Shown: positions 1 through 10,133 of the stretch, in pieces
Numbering within the stretch: position 1 is the first letter of the stretch
Layout of the letters: each line of letters starts with the position of its first letter
NCBI GenBank assembly: GCA_965140585.1
Contig: OZ223270.1
Span: forward strand, 320,001-384,000
DNA from: Spirochaetia bacterium
GTDB lineage: Bacteria; Spirochaetota; Spirochaetia; UBA9216
DNA: 64,000 nt
Direction: 5' to 3'
Made by a program: the position numbers and the translations under genes
The notes under the pieces: model-generated
What the model was told of the DNA's origin: nothing
The model's input: only the letters and a program-made list of their open reading frames with translations
Database searches by the model: none

Positions 1-53
1 GACTTCGTCGGTGACACTTCCTCCTGAAACTCTCCCTGCGCGTTTTTTCTCAT
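1..53 (-). CDS. Possible 5' end of a gene running off the left edge (MRKNAQGEFQEEVSPTK...)
   Basis: ATG at 53-51 on the minus strand with AAGG upstream and an open frame to the window edge; too short to assign a function. Confidence 0.3.
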   Translation of the reverse strand, partial: MRKNAQGEFQEEVSPTK

Positions 54-93
54 TTTTATTAACCTTTCGCCGGAAAATTATTATATTTACAAC

Positions 94-2262
94 ATGGGTC
101 TCAGACATAAGTATAACATGATTCTTGAATTTAGCAGCCTGGACTGGAATTTCGAAGCTCCCGGGGATATTAATGATTTTCTACAGACAACAGGAAACCT
201 TATCAGCAATCATATGCAGACGAACCTCTGTCATATATACCTCTGGGACGACAGCCTTAGCCAGCTGATTTTTCACGATGATACGCCTCAGGATATCATC
301 AGTTTCTGTTCTCAAATTAATGATTTTCAAAACACTCAATATGCTGATAAAGGCAGAAAAATGATGTGCCATCCAATACTGCGCGGTCCGCAGATTCTTG
401 GGGTCATATTTCTAAACAGAAGCAGAAAACCTTTTACAGTAGTTGATGAAAGAATAATTAATCTGCTTTCACAGCAGCTCGGGAATATAATTGAGACAGC
501 GAGAAGGATTTCCACCGAAAAAATTTCAGGAAGCATTGAAACCGGTGAGGGCACCCTGGAATTCAACCGGCAGATACTTATGCAGGGCGTCGGCGCATCT
601 CCGGGAATGGCTCTGGGCTTAAGTTATACACTTGACAGGAAACGGCGATTCAATGAACTTCAAAGAACACGTTTCAAAAAGAAATACAGCCTAGATGAAT
701 TTGATAATGCAATTTCGGCAACAAAAGAGCAGATAAAAAAGCTGCAGCAGAAGGTTGAAACAAGACTGTCCGATGATGCCGCCCTTATCTTTACATCGCA
801 TCTGCTTATTCTGGATGATTCAGGATTCAGAAAAGAGATAAGCAGCATGGTCTACACCGGCATAAATCCCCCGGCAGCGCTTTTATCAGTAGCCAATAAG
901 TACATCAACGTTTTTTCAGCAAGCGACAATCCGCTGGTACAGGAAAAAGCTGATGATATGGAAGACCTGGTGTTCAGAATCATTGCAAACCTGATGGGAG
1001 AAAAAACATCATCATTCTCTGCCGACGGAAGAATTATAATTGCGAGATCAATTTATCCTTCCGACATACTTGCGCTGGCTTCTGAAAACTGTGCGGGAAT
1101 CCTGCTTGTTTCAGGAGGAGTTACAGCCCATATATCCATTCTTGCCCAGTCTCTTAAACTTCCTCTTGTGATTATTGATTTCAACGACATCCTGAGAACA
1201 AGCAAACCTGTACCCATTGCAATTGACGGAACTACCGGTAGAATATGTATTAATCCTGAGCAGGATCTGGTTGAGGAGTTTCACGAGGTTCAAAGAACTG
1301 AACGTCAGCAGAAAAAGGATATGTCCCTCAAGCAGGAAACTCTGACTCGGGACGGCGCAAGAATTAAACTGCTCAGCAATATTAACCTCATTTCAGATCT
1401 TGAAGAAGCCATGGCAATTGAAGCCGAAGGGATAGGTCTATACCGTACAGAATACCAGTTTCTGCTTAGAAACAACTTTCCCACCGAAAATGAACAGTAC
1501 AGGATATACAAACAGATAATAGACCTGTCTGACGGACGGCCTGTGACCTTCAGGACGCTTGATGCAGGCGGTGACAAGGTTCTCTCATATTACGGCGGAC
1601 ATAAGGAAGAAAACCCCTTCCTGGGACTTCGATCCATACGCTTCAGCCTTCAGAATCCTGTAATTTTCAATCAGCAGATCAGGGCAATTCTAAGAGCTGC
1701 AGGCAGAAGAAAGATTAAAATAATGTTCCCGATGATTTCGACTCTCGAAGAGCTTAGAACAGCAAAGAGCATGGTAATCGAAAACTACCGTCAGCTTTCA
1801 GAGCGTGGACTGGAAATTGAAATGCCCGAAATAGGCGCTATGATTGAAATTCCCTCTCTTCTTTTCATGATAGACCATGTATGTGAAGAGGTTGATTTTC
1901 TGTCGATTGGAACCAATGATTTTATTCAGTATATGCTTGCAGTCGACCGTAACAATGAGAAACTGAGCAGCTATTACAACCCGCACAATCCTTCGGTTCT
2001 CAGAGGCCTTAAAATAATTGCCGATGCCTGTATCAAGTATAGCATCGACCTGACAGTCTGCGGGGAGATGGCACACCAGAAAGAATACTTACCCTTTATC
2101 CTTGGTATCGGTATCAGAAGCCTGAGCGTGTCTACAGGCTTCCTCAAGGAAACACAGGAGACTATTGCCGGAATAAGCGCAGCCGAGGCCGTAAAGACAG
2201 CAGAGAGAAGCCTTGAGTGCAGTTCTCTCTATGAGATTGAGAAGATACTTGGAATAGTATAA
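94..2262 (+). CDS. ptsP: Phosphoenolpyruvate-protein phosphotransferase with N-terminal GAF domain (EI-Ntr type)
   Basis: GAF-like N-terminus; phospho-His motif GGVTAHISILA; EGIGLYRTE, RTLDAGGDK, EENPFLGLRSIR, SIGTNDF and VCGEMA motifs of enzyme I. Confidence 0.92.
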   Translation: MGLRHKYNMILEFSSLDWNFEAPGDINDFLQTTGNLISNHMQTNLCHIYLWDDSLSQLIFHDDTPQDIISFCSQINDFQNTQYADKGRKMMCHPILRGPQILGVIFLNRSRKPFTVVDERIINLLSQQLGNIIETARRISTEKISGSIETGEGTLEFNRQILMQGVGASPGMALGLSYTLDRKRRFNELQRTRFKKKYSLDEFDNAISATKEQIKKLQQKVETRLSDDAALIFTSHLLILDDSGFRKEISSMVYTGINPPAALLSVANKYINVFSASDNPLVQEKADDMEDLVFRIIANLMGEKTSSFSADGRIIIARSIYPSDILALASENCAGILLVSGGVTAHISILAQSLKLPLVIIDFNDILRTSKPVPIAIDGTTGRICINPEQDLVEEFHEVQRTERQQKKDMSLKQETLTRDGARIKLLSNINLISDLEEAMAIEAEGIGLYRTEYQFLLRNNFPTENEQYRIYKQIIDLSDGRPVTFRTLDAGGDKVLSYYGGHKEENPFLGLRSIRFSLQNPVIFNQQIRAILRAAGRRKIKIMFPMISTLEELRTAKSMVIENYRQLSERGLEIEMPEIGAMIEIPSLLFMIDHVCEEVDFLSIGTNDFIQYMLAVDRNNEKLSSYYNPHNPSVLRGLKIIADACIKYSIDLTVCGEMAHQKEYLPFILGIGIRSLSVSTGFLKETQETIAGISAAEAVKTAERSLECSSLYEIEKILGIV

Positions 2263-2271
2263 ACTTTCTGG

Positions 2272-2694
2272 ATGAACATTATTCAGAAAGAGATACAGCT
2301 GCGTCCTGTAAGACGCGGATTTCATCTGGTAACTTCGGAAATAGAGGCGGCTATCCCCGAACTTCGAACAGTAAAAAAAGGCATTGCCTTTCTTCACATA
2401 AAGCATACATCAGCTTCACTTACCCTCAACGAGAATGCAGATCCGGATGTAAGGGCTGATATGGAATCCATATTCAACCATATGGTTCCTGAATCACAGT
2501 CATACTATGTACACACATTCGAAGGTACTGATGACATGCCGGCACATGCGAAAAGTTCACTGCTTGGTGCGGGACTTACAATTCATATAACTGACGGAAG
2601 GTTCAACCTGGGAACATGGCAGGGAATATATCTCTGCGAACACCGCAATAACGGCGGTGCCCGCAGAATGGTAATAACAGTTATCGGGGAATAA
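2272..2694 (+). CDS. yjbQ: YjbQ/UPF0047 family protein (secondary thiamine-phosphate synthase family)
   Basis: HTSASLTLNENADPDV, DDMPAH and LGTWQGIYLCEHR motifs. Confidence 0.92.
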   Translation: MNIIQKEIQLRPVRRGFHLVTSEIEAAIPELRTVKKGIAFLHIKHTSASLTLNENADPDVRADMESIFNHMVPESQSYYVHTFEGTDDMPAHAKSSLLGAGLTIHITDGRFNLGTWQGIYLCEHRNNGGARRMVITVIGE

Positions 2695-2703
2695 CCCCGA
2701 TAA
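2681..2703. terminator. Hairpin between convergent yjbQ and CoA-disulfide reductase genes
   Basis: TTATCGGGG-AATAA-CCCCGATAA perfect 9-bp inverted repeat overlapping the yjbQ stop codon. Confidence 0.6.
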
Positions 2704-2705
2704 TT

Positions 2706-5216
2706 CTAAATAAACAGGTTTACATTTGAATCTTCGGCGGCATCAAGATAGGCAGCAACACCTCCAAGTTCGATACCGTCGACCAGTTCTTCAGCTTTAA
2801 TTCCCATAAGATCCATACTCATATTACAGGCAATAAGCTTTGCTCCGCCTGCTACGGCCTGCTGAATGAGATCCTGAAGAAGGGGAACATTGTGCTTTTT
2901 CATCAGCCCCTTGATCATGGCCGGGCCCATACCGCCCATGTTCATATTAGACAGCTTAAGCCTCTTTGCCCCGCGCGGCATCATGGCACCGAACATTCCG
3001 CTAATAAAATCCTTCTTAACGGCAACCTTTTCATGCTTCCTTATAACATTCAGACCCCAGAAGGTGAAAAACATCGTAACCTTACGGCCCATTGCAAGGG
3101 CGCCGTTGGCTATAATGAAGGAAGCGATAGCTTTATCAAGATCTCCGCTGAAGCAGACCATTGTTTTGTCGTCTGCAGCCTTCTGCACTGAAGTTACAAC
3201 TCCGGTATTCATTGCGGAGACGGAATTTTCGAGATCACCCTTTCTGATTCTGGCAACAAACTCCTTGTCTTTTTTCTCTATATTCAAAAGAGTATTTCCG
3301 GTACGTTTGCACCAGGACGCAATATCAGATTTAAAGCCGGGGTCGGTAACATGGACTTCAAGAACATCGCCTTCGGCCATTTCACCCATCCGTTCGTAGA
3401 CCTTCTTAATAGGGCCGGGACAGGAAAGACCACAGGCATCAACTATAATTATATTTCCCTTATGCATATCAGCCATCTTTACAGCAACCTCTTTGAGATT
3501 TACTGTTTTAAGACCCGCATCGGCAACTCCGCAGGAATCAGACTTATTCCACATGGCAGGCTGCCAGGTTCCAAACCCTCCGGCCAGATTTTTTACATTT
3601 TCAAAGCCGTGCTGTTTCATCATTCGGGCTGCGATATAGCCGCGAAGTCCCTGTGCACAGTAAATAATGTACGGCTTACTCTTATCAAGCTCACCAAGTC
3701 TTTCACGCAGCTGCGGAAGAGGCAAAAGAGTAGAACCCGGAATTGCTCCAAGTTCAAATTCCTCCTTATCACGGACATCAAGGAGAACTGCAGTCTCATT
3801 ATCCTTAAGTTCATTCCATTGAACCATTTCGATATAGCCGTTAAGAATATTTTCCGCTACAAAGCCTGCCATGTTAACAGGGTCTTTTGCAGATGAATAG
3901 GGAGGGGCATATGCCAGTTCAAGGTCAGTCAGAACATCAACTGTTCCGCCCATTCTGATTACCGTGGCAATAACATCTACCCTTTTATCAACACCTTCCC
4001 ATCCTACAAGCTGGGCTCCGATAATCTTCCTTGTCTGTGGATCAAAAATCATCTTCATTGACAGAGGAAGCGCTCCGGGGTAGTAGCTTGCATGTGACTT
4101 GGAATGGGTCATTGTAAAAAGGTAGTCCTTGCCATATTCTTTTCCGGCGGCCTTAAGCTGCTTTTCATTCATACCCGTCGCCGCTACTGTGATATCAAAT
4201 ATCTTTACAATACTTGTACCCTGGGTTCCGCGGTATGATTCATTTCCGCCTAGAACATTAGCAGCCGCCATCCTTCCCTGCCGGTTAGCGGGCCCCGCGA
4301 GGGGCACCATAGTCTGCTCACCGGTCATATAGTCTTTGATTTCAACAGCGTCTCCGACTGCATATATATCAGGATCAGAGCTCAGCATGTTCTGATCAAC
4401 AACTATTCCTTTACGTTTATTGAGGGTAAGGCCTGCAGCTTCTGCAAGTTCAGTCTGCGGCCGAACTCCGATTGCAAGAATTACCATGTCAGTTTCAAGC
4501 TTGACTCCGTCTTCCATAACAACAGCGACTCGGCGCGGATCATCTGTATCTTCAAAACCCTTAACAGGACTTCCAAGATGCAGATCAACCCCCTCCTCAT
4601 CAAGATGTCTGTGTACAACCTGAGCCATCTCAAAATCAAGCGGCATCATTACCTGGTCTGCTGCTTCAACGAGGGTAACGTGCACGCCCCTCTCAGCAAA
4701 GTTTTCTGCAACTTCAAGACCAATAAAGCCTCCGCCGACAACGACAGCTCTACAGACGTCTTTCTCTTCCATATACGCCTTGATTCGGTCAAGGTCGGGG
4801 ATAGTCCAGAGTGTAAAAATCTGTTTCTTGTCTATTCCGGGAATAGGGGGAGTAATGGGCTTAGAACCGGGAGACAGAATCATTCTGTCATATGATTCTT
4901 CATACTCTTCAATCACATTTCCAGACTTATCAGAGTGCCTTACGCTTACAGTTTTACTGTCACGGTTAATTGATATAACCTCGCTGAATACTCTTACTTC
5001 AATATTGAATCTTTCTTTGAAACTTTCGGGAGTCTGTAGAAGCAGGTTCTCACGTTCAGAGATTATCCCGCTTATATTATACGGAAGTCCGCAATTTGCA
5101 AATGAAATATACGGCCCCTTTTCAAACATAATTATTTCGGCGTGCTCATCAAGCCTCCTGAGTCTTGCCGCCGCGCTTGCTCCGCCGGCAACTCCACCGA
5201 TGATGACAACTTTCAT
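2706..5216 (-). CDS. CoA-disulfide reductase fused to rhodanese, TusA/SirA and DsrE-like domains (persulfide reductase type)
   Basis: GGVAGGASAAARLRR, SFANCGLPY, YAPPYS; rhodanese YCAQGLRG; TusA DACGLSCPGPI; DsrE-like FFTFWGL and ACNMSMDLMGI. Strong AAGGAGG RBS. Confidence 0.92.
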   Translation of the reverse strand: MKVVIIGGVAGGASAAARLRRLDEHAEIIMFEKGPYISFANCGLPYNISGIISERENLLLQTPESFKERFNIEVRVFSEVISINRDSKTVSVRHSDKSGNVIEEYEESYDRMILSPGSKPITPPIPGIDKKQIFTLWTIPDLDRIKAYMEEKDVCRAVVVGGGFIGLEVAENFAERGVHVTLVEAADQVMMPLDFEMAQVVHRHLDEEGVDLHLGSPVKGFEDTDDPRRVAVVMEDGVKLETDMVILAIGVRPQTELAEAAGLTLNKRKGIVVDQNMLSSDPDIYAVGDAVEIKDYMTGEQTMVPLAGPANRQGRMAAANVLGGNESYRGTQGTSIVKIFDITVAATGMNEKQLKAAGKEYGKDYLFTMTHSKSHASYYPGALPLSMKMIFDPQTRKIIGAQLVGWEGVDKRVDVIATVIRMGGTVDVLTDLELAYAPPYSSAKDPVNMAGFVAENILNGYIEMVQWNELKDNETAVLLDVRDKEEFELGAIPGSTLLPLPQLRERLGELDKSKPYIIYCAQGLRGYIAARMMKQHGFENVKNLAGGFGTWQPAMWNKSDSCGVADAGLKTVNLKEVAVKMADMHKGNIIIVDACGLSCPGPIKKVYERMGEMAEGDVLEVHVTDPGFKSDIASWCKRTGNTLLNIEKKDKEFVARIRKGDLENSVSAMNTGVVTSVQKAADDKTMVCFSGDLDKAIASFIIANGALAMGRKVTMFFTFWGLNVIRKHEKVAVKKDFISGMFGAMMPRGAKRLKLSNMNMGGMGPAMIKGLMKKHNVPLLQDLIQQAVAGGAKLIACNMSMDLMGIKAEELVDGIELGGVAAYLDAAEDSNVNLFI

Positions 5217-5234
5217 ATGAATCCTCCTTTATCG

Positions 5235-5278
5235 ATATATGTTGCATCTAATATATGGCGAGATTTATATACTGTCAA
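5235..5278 (-). promoter_or_regulatory. Sigma70-type promoter of the CoA-disulfide reductase gene with an overlapping palindrome
   Basis: TTGACA (5278-5273), 17 nt, TATATT (5255-5250); ATATAT-N10-ATATAT at 5235-5256 overlaps the -10 and start region. Confidence 0.6.
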
Positions 5279-5301
5279 GTTATCGATAAAAAAAGTGATA
5301 T

Positions 5302-6459
5302 TTACTGTTTTTCTTCGATAAGATCAATTATGGTCATTGCAAGGTATCCGGCCGCACGGATCATTGCCTCTTCTGCATCAGGTGTTTTACTTCCTTCAAC
5401 AACATCCGTTGAGTGCCATGTAATTCCCGCCTCATGCGTTTTGTAGAGCAGCGATACAGCTGGAATACTGCGGCTTACATCACCAAAATCGGAAGAAGCT
5501 TCCCACAGCGGCATTCGTTTAAGCTTTTCGCCGCATGTTGCCATATTTTTTTCAAGCAGACCGAATATCTTTTCATCGAAAAGAATCGGATTAACACTTG
5601 AATTCACAATAAACTCAAAGCCGCAGTTTGATGCAAGAGCTGAGCCTTCGGCTGCCTTCCGGATAAGCTTTTCAGTTTCTTCCAGGTCCTCAGGTTCAGA
5701 AGAACGTATCATAACCTCCGCACTACTATAATCGGGTATAACATTAAGAAGCTTCCCGCCTTCGGTTATTATACAATGAAGTTTTACTCCGGGCAAAAAT
5801 TGTTGTCTCATTCGGCCAATTGAATTGTAGAACCCCACGACAGCGTCCAGAGCATTACTGCCGTGCCAGGGATCAGCTGCAGCGTGAGCTGTCTGTCCTG
5901 TAAAATTTACGCTAAAGGAGCGGTAACCGAAATCCTTCAAAGCAACCCCCGTTTCTGTCCAGGGATGAAAAATAAGTGCGTTTTCAATATTGTTAAATGC
6001 ACCCTTCTCAAGCAGAAGGGTTTTACCTGAAATCTTATCTATAACCTCTTCTGCAGGAGTACCGAAAAGACAGAATGAAGAAGCAAGTTCCGGATAATCA
6101 GGCATCAGTGTATTTTTTACTGCTATAGCGGCTGCAGCAGCCGCTGAGGCTATAAAATTATGGCCGCATCCGTGACCTATACCCTCAAGTGCATCATATT
6201 CAGCAAGGACAGCAGTCTTCTTACCGGAAAAATCAGCTGTTACATCTGGATCAGCACGGAATGCTGTTTCTACATCACAAAAAGGTGCCTCTATGCGGAA
6301 CCCCTTTTCTCTAAGAAAGCTGCTTATTTTATAGGCGGAACCTTTCTCAAGATAGGCGGTTTCCGGATGATCTATAAGATACCGGCTGAGTTCAAGGATC
6401 TCAGGCTTAAGCTTCTGTAGTTCATTGAGAACCTGCTGTTTCAGTTCTGATAAGTTCAT
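5302..6459 (-). CDS. M20 family amidohydrolase/peptidase (AbgB-like)
   Basis: HPETAYLE, AEYDALEGIGHGCGHN, GTPAEE, AHAAADPWHG and SSDFGDVS motifs. Confidence 0.88.
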   Translation of the reverse strand: MNLSELKQQVLNELQKLKPEILELSRYLIDHPETAYLEKGSAYKISSFLREKGFRIEAPFCDVETAFRADPDVTADFSGKKTAVLAEYDALEGIGHGCGHNFIASAAAAAAIAVKNTLMPDYPELASSFCLFGTPAEEVIDKISGKTLLLEKGAFNNIENALIFHPWTETGVALKDFGYRSFSVNFTGQTAHAAADPWHGSNALDAVVGFYNSIGRMRQQFLPGVKLHCIITEGGKLLNVIPDYSSAEVMIRSSEPEDLEETEKLIRKAAEGSALASNCGFEFIVNSSVNPILFDEKIFGLLEKNMATCGEKLKRMPLWEASSDFGDVSRSIPAVSLLYKTHEAGITWHSTDVVEGSKTPDAEEAMIRAAGYLAMTIIDLIEEKQ

Positions 6460-6465
6460 TTTGCG

Positions 6466-8544
6466 CTATGCCTCTCTCTCAATTTTTACAAAGGTGCTGT
6501 GTGTTCTGGCTCCGCCTGACGGCATTGTTGGTTCAGAAGAAGTAAGCATGTTCGGACAGCCTGCAGTATCTGTACACATATCAGCAGAAATGTCCGGCCA
6601 TGTTCCGGCCTCCAGACAGAGGGTTCCGCTTATTATATCATCTGTGAGCCTTGCCTTGATACGGATCTTTGCCTCATTCCTGCTTAATATCACCGGCTTC
6701 CCGTCACTTATATTAAGTGCTGCAGCATCGGAGGAGTTAATTAAAATACCGGAGTTCCGGTCTGTCATTGACGGAACATTAGCAAACTGGGAATTTATCT
6801 TTAAAAAACTGTGGGGAGTTATTAGTGAGAACATACCTTCCTCTTTAAAATCGGTATACACAGGGAAGGGTGAACCTCCCGCTTTTTCATATGGAGCACT
6901 GCATATTTCGATCTTTCCGGATGGAGTCTGCAGCGGATTAGCCTCGGGGTCTTTAACAAATTCAGAAAGTCCTACCCTCTCATGTTCATTTCCGTAGAAA
7001 ATTCCTCTGCTCATAAATTCCTCAGGATCGCTTATTTCAGAATTTTGCATAAAATGGCGGAGCCATCCGGTTTCATCCCGGCCCCCGGTGAATTCTTCCT
7101 TGAATCCAAGCCTTTCAGATAAAAGAGTAAATATTTCATAATCTGTTTTTACTCCTGAAGGAGGCTCAACAGCCTTTGCTGAATAGAGTAAAAAGTTACC
7201 TTCAGGAAACACAATATCCGATCTTTCAGTAAAATCAGCAGCAGGAAGTACCACTGAACTTTCAGCAGCAGTGGGAGTCATAAAAAGATCATGAGTAACA
7301 GAAAAATCGAGACTCTTAAAAGCCCGCCTGCTGCGAAGAGTATCCGCCCCCTGAACCAGATAGTTTCCGCCGCAATTATATGCAGCCCTTATCGGCGGAG
7401 ACAGTGAATCATCGAGTATCCGGTCGGCCCAGGTGTAGACAGGGATAAGCCTTTTGCGGATCGGCTGAGCTGCAACGGCATAGTCTTCCGGTAGCTGACC
7501 GAGCTTTCCGCAACGCGGATGAGGCATAGGGCCCCAGATATTTGCACCGCTTGAACCGCCTTTGATACCAGTGTTCCCGGTCACGGACTGAAGAACCATC
7601 GCCAGCCTTGCGGCATCCTCACCGCCGAGAGTTCTTTGTATTGATAAACCGGGAATAAGCGCAACGGGGTGTGATTGTGAGTAAGCATCAACAATCCTGA
7701 TTATATCAGAGACTTCTGTACCGCAGATATCTGATGCCCACTGGGCGTTTTTTACAGGAGCCAGTTTTAGCCATGAATTAAATTCTTCAAAACCGCTGCA
7801 GTATTTTTCAATATATTCATAATCCAGGGCTTTTCTTTTATCAAGCTCACAGATCACCGCAGCCATCATTGCAGAGTCAGTCCCGGGCTTTATACGAACC
7901 CATTCAGCATCAAGGCTGCGGACTGTTCTGCTTTTTCTGGGATCTACAACTATAATTCTGACGCCACGGCTTCCGGCCTCTTTGAGTCTGCTCAAAAGAG
8001 CCGGTCCGAATCTGGTTTCAGCTATATTCGCACCCCAGAGAATGATAAGTTCAGAATACGTAAGCGTACCGGCATCGATTGCCGCGTTCGAAGTTCCGTA
8101 GACAAAGGGAGTTGCAAAACTTACAGCTGCTGAACTGTATGAACCGGTTGTCTCTGTATAGCCTCCGAACAGGTTGAGAAAGCGTTTTGCAAGGGTTGAT
8201 GTATTATGGAGAGCCCCCCTGCAGGAGCCGCTTCCCCCAAGCCTTATAACAGCCTCCGGACCGTAGCTATCCTTAATTTCAAGCAGTTTTTCGGCTGTAA
8301 AATCCAGGGCGTCATCCCAGCTGCATTCTTTCAATGTCGCATCGGGACCTGTTCTCATCAGAGGCTTAAGAAGCCTTTCAGGATGATAGGTCAGCTTTGC
8401 AGCATTATATCCGCGGGCACAGCCTTTCATCCATTGTGTTTTCAGGGGATTGTCGGTGATTTTTGTAATTCGGCCGCCGATAACTTCCGCCATAAGCGGG
8501 CAGCCTCCGCCGCAGTCTTTATTGCAGCTGACAGGTATTCTCAT
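6466..8544 (-). CDS. Molybdopterin (bis-MGD) oxidoreductase, DMSO reductase chain A-like, no Tat leader
   Basis: N-terminal CNKDCGGGC...GCARG Fe-S motif, RLLKPL, GSYSSAA (Ser ligand region as in DmsA), IKPGTDSAM, TPSGKIE. Start moved to ATG 8544 because the longer ORF runs through a terminator hairpin. Confidence 0.85.
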   Translation of the reverse strand: MRIPVSCNKDCGGGCPLMAEVIGGRITKITDNPLKTQWMKGCARGYNAAKLTYHPERLLKPLMRTGPDATLKECSWDDALDFTAEKLLEIKDSYGPEAVIRLGGSGSCRGALHNTSTLAKRFLNLFGGYTETTGSYSSAAVSFATPFVYGTSNAAIDAGTLTYSELIILWGANIAETRFGPALLSRLKEAGSRGVRIIVVDPRKSRTVRSLDAEWVRIKPGTDSAMMAAVICELDKRKALDYEYIEKYCSGFEEFNSWLKLAPVKNAQWASDICGTEVSDIIRIVDAYSQSHPVALIPGLSIQRTLGGEDAARLAMVLQSVTGNTGIKGGSSGANIWGPMPHPRCGKLGQLPEDYAVAAQPIRKRLIPVYTWADRILDDSLSPPIRAAYNCGGNYLVQGADTLRSRRAFKSLDFSVTHDLFMTPTAAESSVVLPAADFTERSDIVFPEGNFLLYSAKAVEPPSGVKTDYEIFTLLSERLGFKEEFTGGRDETGWLRHFMQNSEISDPEEFMSRGIFYGNEHERVGLSEFVKDPEANPLQTPSGKIEICSAPYEKAGGSPFPVYTDFKEEGMFSLITPHSFLKINSQFANVPSMTDRNSGILINSSDAAALNISDGKPVILSRNEAKIRIKARLTDDIISGTLCLEAGTWPDISADMCTDTAGCPNMLTSSEPTMPSGGARTHSTFVKIEREA

Positions 8545-8560
8545 ACTTAAAAAAATATAA

Positions 8561-8600
8561 AAAAACCGGTGTCTTTTCAACGGAGAAGACACCGGTTTTT
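8561..8600 (-). terminator. Rho-independent terminator after the outer membrane protein gene
   Basis: AAAAACCGGTGTCTT...AAGACACCGGTTTTT 15-bp stem with T-runs. Confidence 0.8.
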
Positions 8601-8621
8601 CAGTGGATTATAGTATGAAAA

Positions 8622-10073
8622 TCAATCAAATCGGATGGCAGCCTCTATTGTAGCTCCGAAATCTGAATAACCTACTCTTGCACCATTTGCCTTTACAAAT
8701 GCAGCGGCAGAGAGTTCAAATATCAGAAGGTCAAAGGAAGCTCCAGCACTCAGGTAACCTGAATTATATCCAGCCATTACACCGATAAAATTAAAGAGTT
8801 CAGCATAGGCACCGGCGTGGATGACTGAAAGATAATCAAAATAATCACCGTTTATCAGGGCGGCGATTCCTGTATACATATTATCAAGTTCAGCATTGAT
8901 TCCAAGAGCAAACCAGTCGCCGAGGTTAATATCAAATGCTGCGCCGAAAGTTACGTCCATAGGTATTTTATAAACAGTATTTGTTGCGGTGCTCGAATCA
9001 CTTACAAGACCGAAGCTTTCTATTACAGAACCTATTGATGTTTCTGTAAAATGCATCTTTGTGCCAAACAGGTCGGTAACTGTTAAACCAAGCTTTAATG
9101 GACCAAGTTTCATTATTGTTCCGAGATCGAGGCCAACACCCCAGCCTGAATAGGCGGAATATGCATTCATCGCCGTGGCTATATCAGTGGCACCAATCAA
9201 TTCAAAAACCTGAGAACCGGAAACAGGTACGTAGACCTTGTACATGGGACGTAAATCTGCTCCGATATACAGGAAGTCAGGCAGAACCTCAAATGAGTAG
9301 CCGCCGGTAAACGTTGCTGTAGTATCAGCCCATCCGACAGCTCCGAGGATTGTAGCACCCTTCATATAGATGTCTGAGTTAAGGTTAAGTCCGAAACCCC
9401 AGCCTTTGCCTACTATACCAAGCAGACCGAAGTTTGCACCAAGCCTGAAGTTTCCTGAAGGAAGGGCTTTAAGGTCCTCTCCTGTAACATCTTCAATTAC
9501 AAGGGTGGCTAGGTTAACTGTGTTGGCAGCAAGTGCAGGATCATCTAAAAGCGATTCGGGATTCGCAACTACAGATTCAGGATCATCTATAATTGCCTCA
9601 ACCCCTAAATCTGCAAGAAGTGCATCAACACTGTCATAAGAATCCAGATCGTCTACTCCAAATCCGGCTTCCTGTAGAAGTGTCCCCATACTCTCAACAT
9701 CCTGCTCCTCAGCCCAATTCGCAAAATCTTCTGCATCAACAGAGGCAAGAGTTTCAGTAAGCTGGGTCTGAGTATCGGCAATATATGCTTCCGGGTTAGA
9801 GGCAAAATCGATTAAGGACTGATCGAAAAACCCCCAGACGTTGGCGCTGGTCAGAGTAAATGAACCGTCTTCCATTGCAAATCCGGCCGGATTCTTGAAA
9901 AGCGAGTTATATCCGGATGCATTGGCAGTAAACGAACCGCCCTGGCCGGCAACCTGCGGATTAACAGGAACTGCGGAGGGGATATCTACAACTGTGGTAT
10001 CGGTCTGAGCAAAAAGCAGCATTCCGGGAACCAGTACATTTATTAATATGAATAATAACAGTAAGCGTTTCAT
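8622..10073 (-). CDS. Secreted probable outer membrane beta-barrel protein (TraF/FadL/PorV-like N-terminal motif)
   Basis: Signal peptide MKRLLLLFILINVLVPGMLLFA; GQGGSFTA...SLFKNPAG motif; amphipathic beta-strands; C-terminal IRFD. GGGAGG RBS. Confidence 0.65.
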   Translation of the reverse strand: MKRLLLLFILINVLVPGMLLFAQTDTTVVDIPSAVPVNPQVAGQGGSFTANASGYNSLFKNPAGFAMEDGSFTLTSANVWGFFDQSLIDFASNPEAYIADTQTQLTETLASVDAEDFANWAEEQDVESMGTLLQEAGFGVDDLDSYDSVDALLADLGVEAIIDDPESVVANPESLLDDPALAANTVNLATLVIEDVTGEDLKALPSGNFRLGANFGLLGIVGKGWGFGLNLNSDIYMKGATILGAVGWADTTATFTGGYSFEVLPDFLYIGADLRPMYKVYVPVSGSQVFELIGATDIATAMNAYSAYSGWGVGLDLGTIMKLGPLKLGLTVTDLFGTKMHFTETSIGSVIESFGLVSDSSTATNTVYKIPMDVTFGAAFDINLGDWFALGINAELDNMYTGIAALINGDYFDYLSVIHAGAYAELFNFIGVMAGYNSGYLSAGASFDLLIFELSAAAFVKANGARVGYSDFGATIEAAIRFD

Positions 10074-10117
10074 GGCTTCCTCCCTAAATAGTTTCTCCCA
10101 GTACTTCTAATGATATC

Positions 10118-10133
10118 GCATTTTACATGCCAA
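10118..10133 (-). promoter_or_regulatory. Candidate sigma54 (-24/-12) promoter
   Basis: TTGGCATGTAAAATGC: GG-N10-GC spacing with TGGCA, about 45 nt upstream of ATG 10073 and with an AT-rich region further upstream. Confidence 0.6.

Noticed and set aside
2890-5220. Numerous 60-230 aa antisense or alternate-frame ORFs here and across the window (e.g. 15735-16379, 21080-21766, 53810-54472, 57318-58019, 63535-63750)
   Set aside because: They lie almost entirely within well-supported genes on the other strand or frame and show no motifs or RBS.
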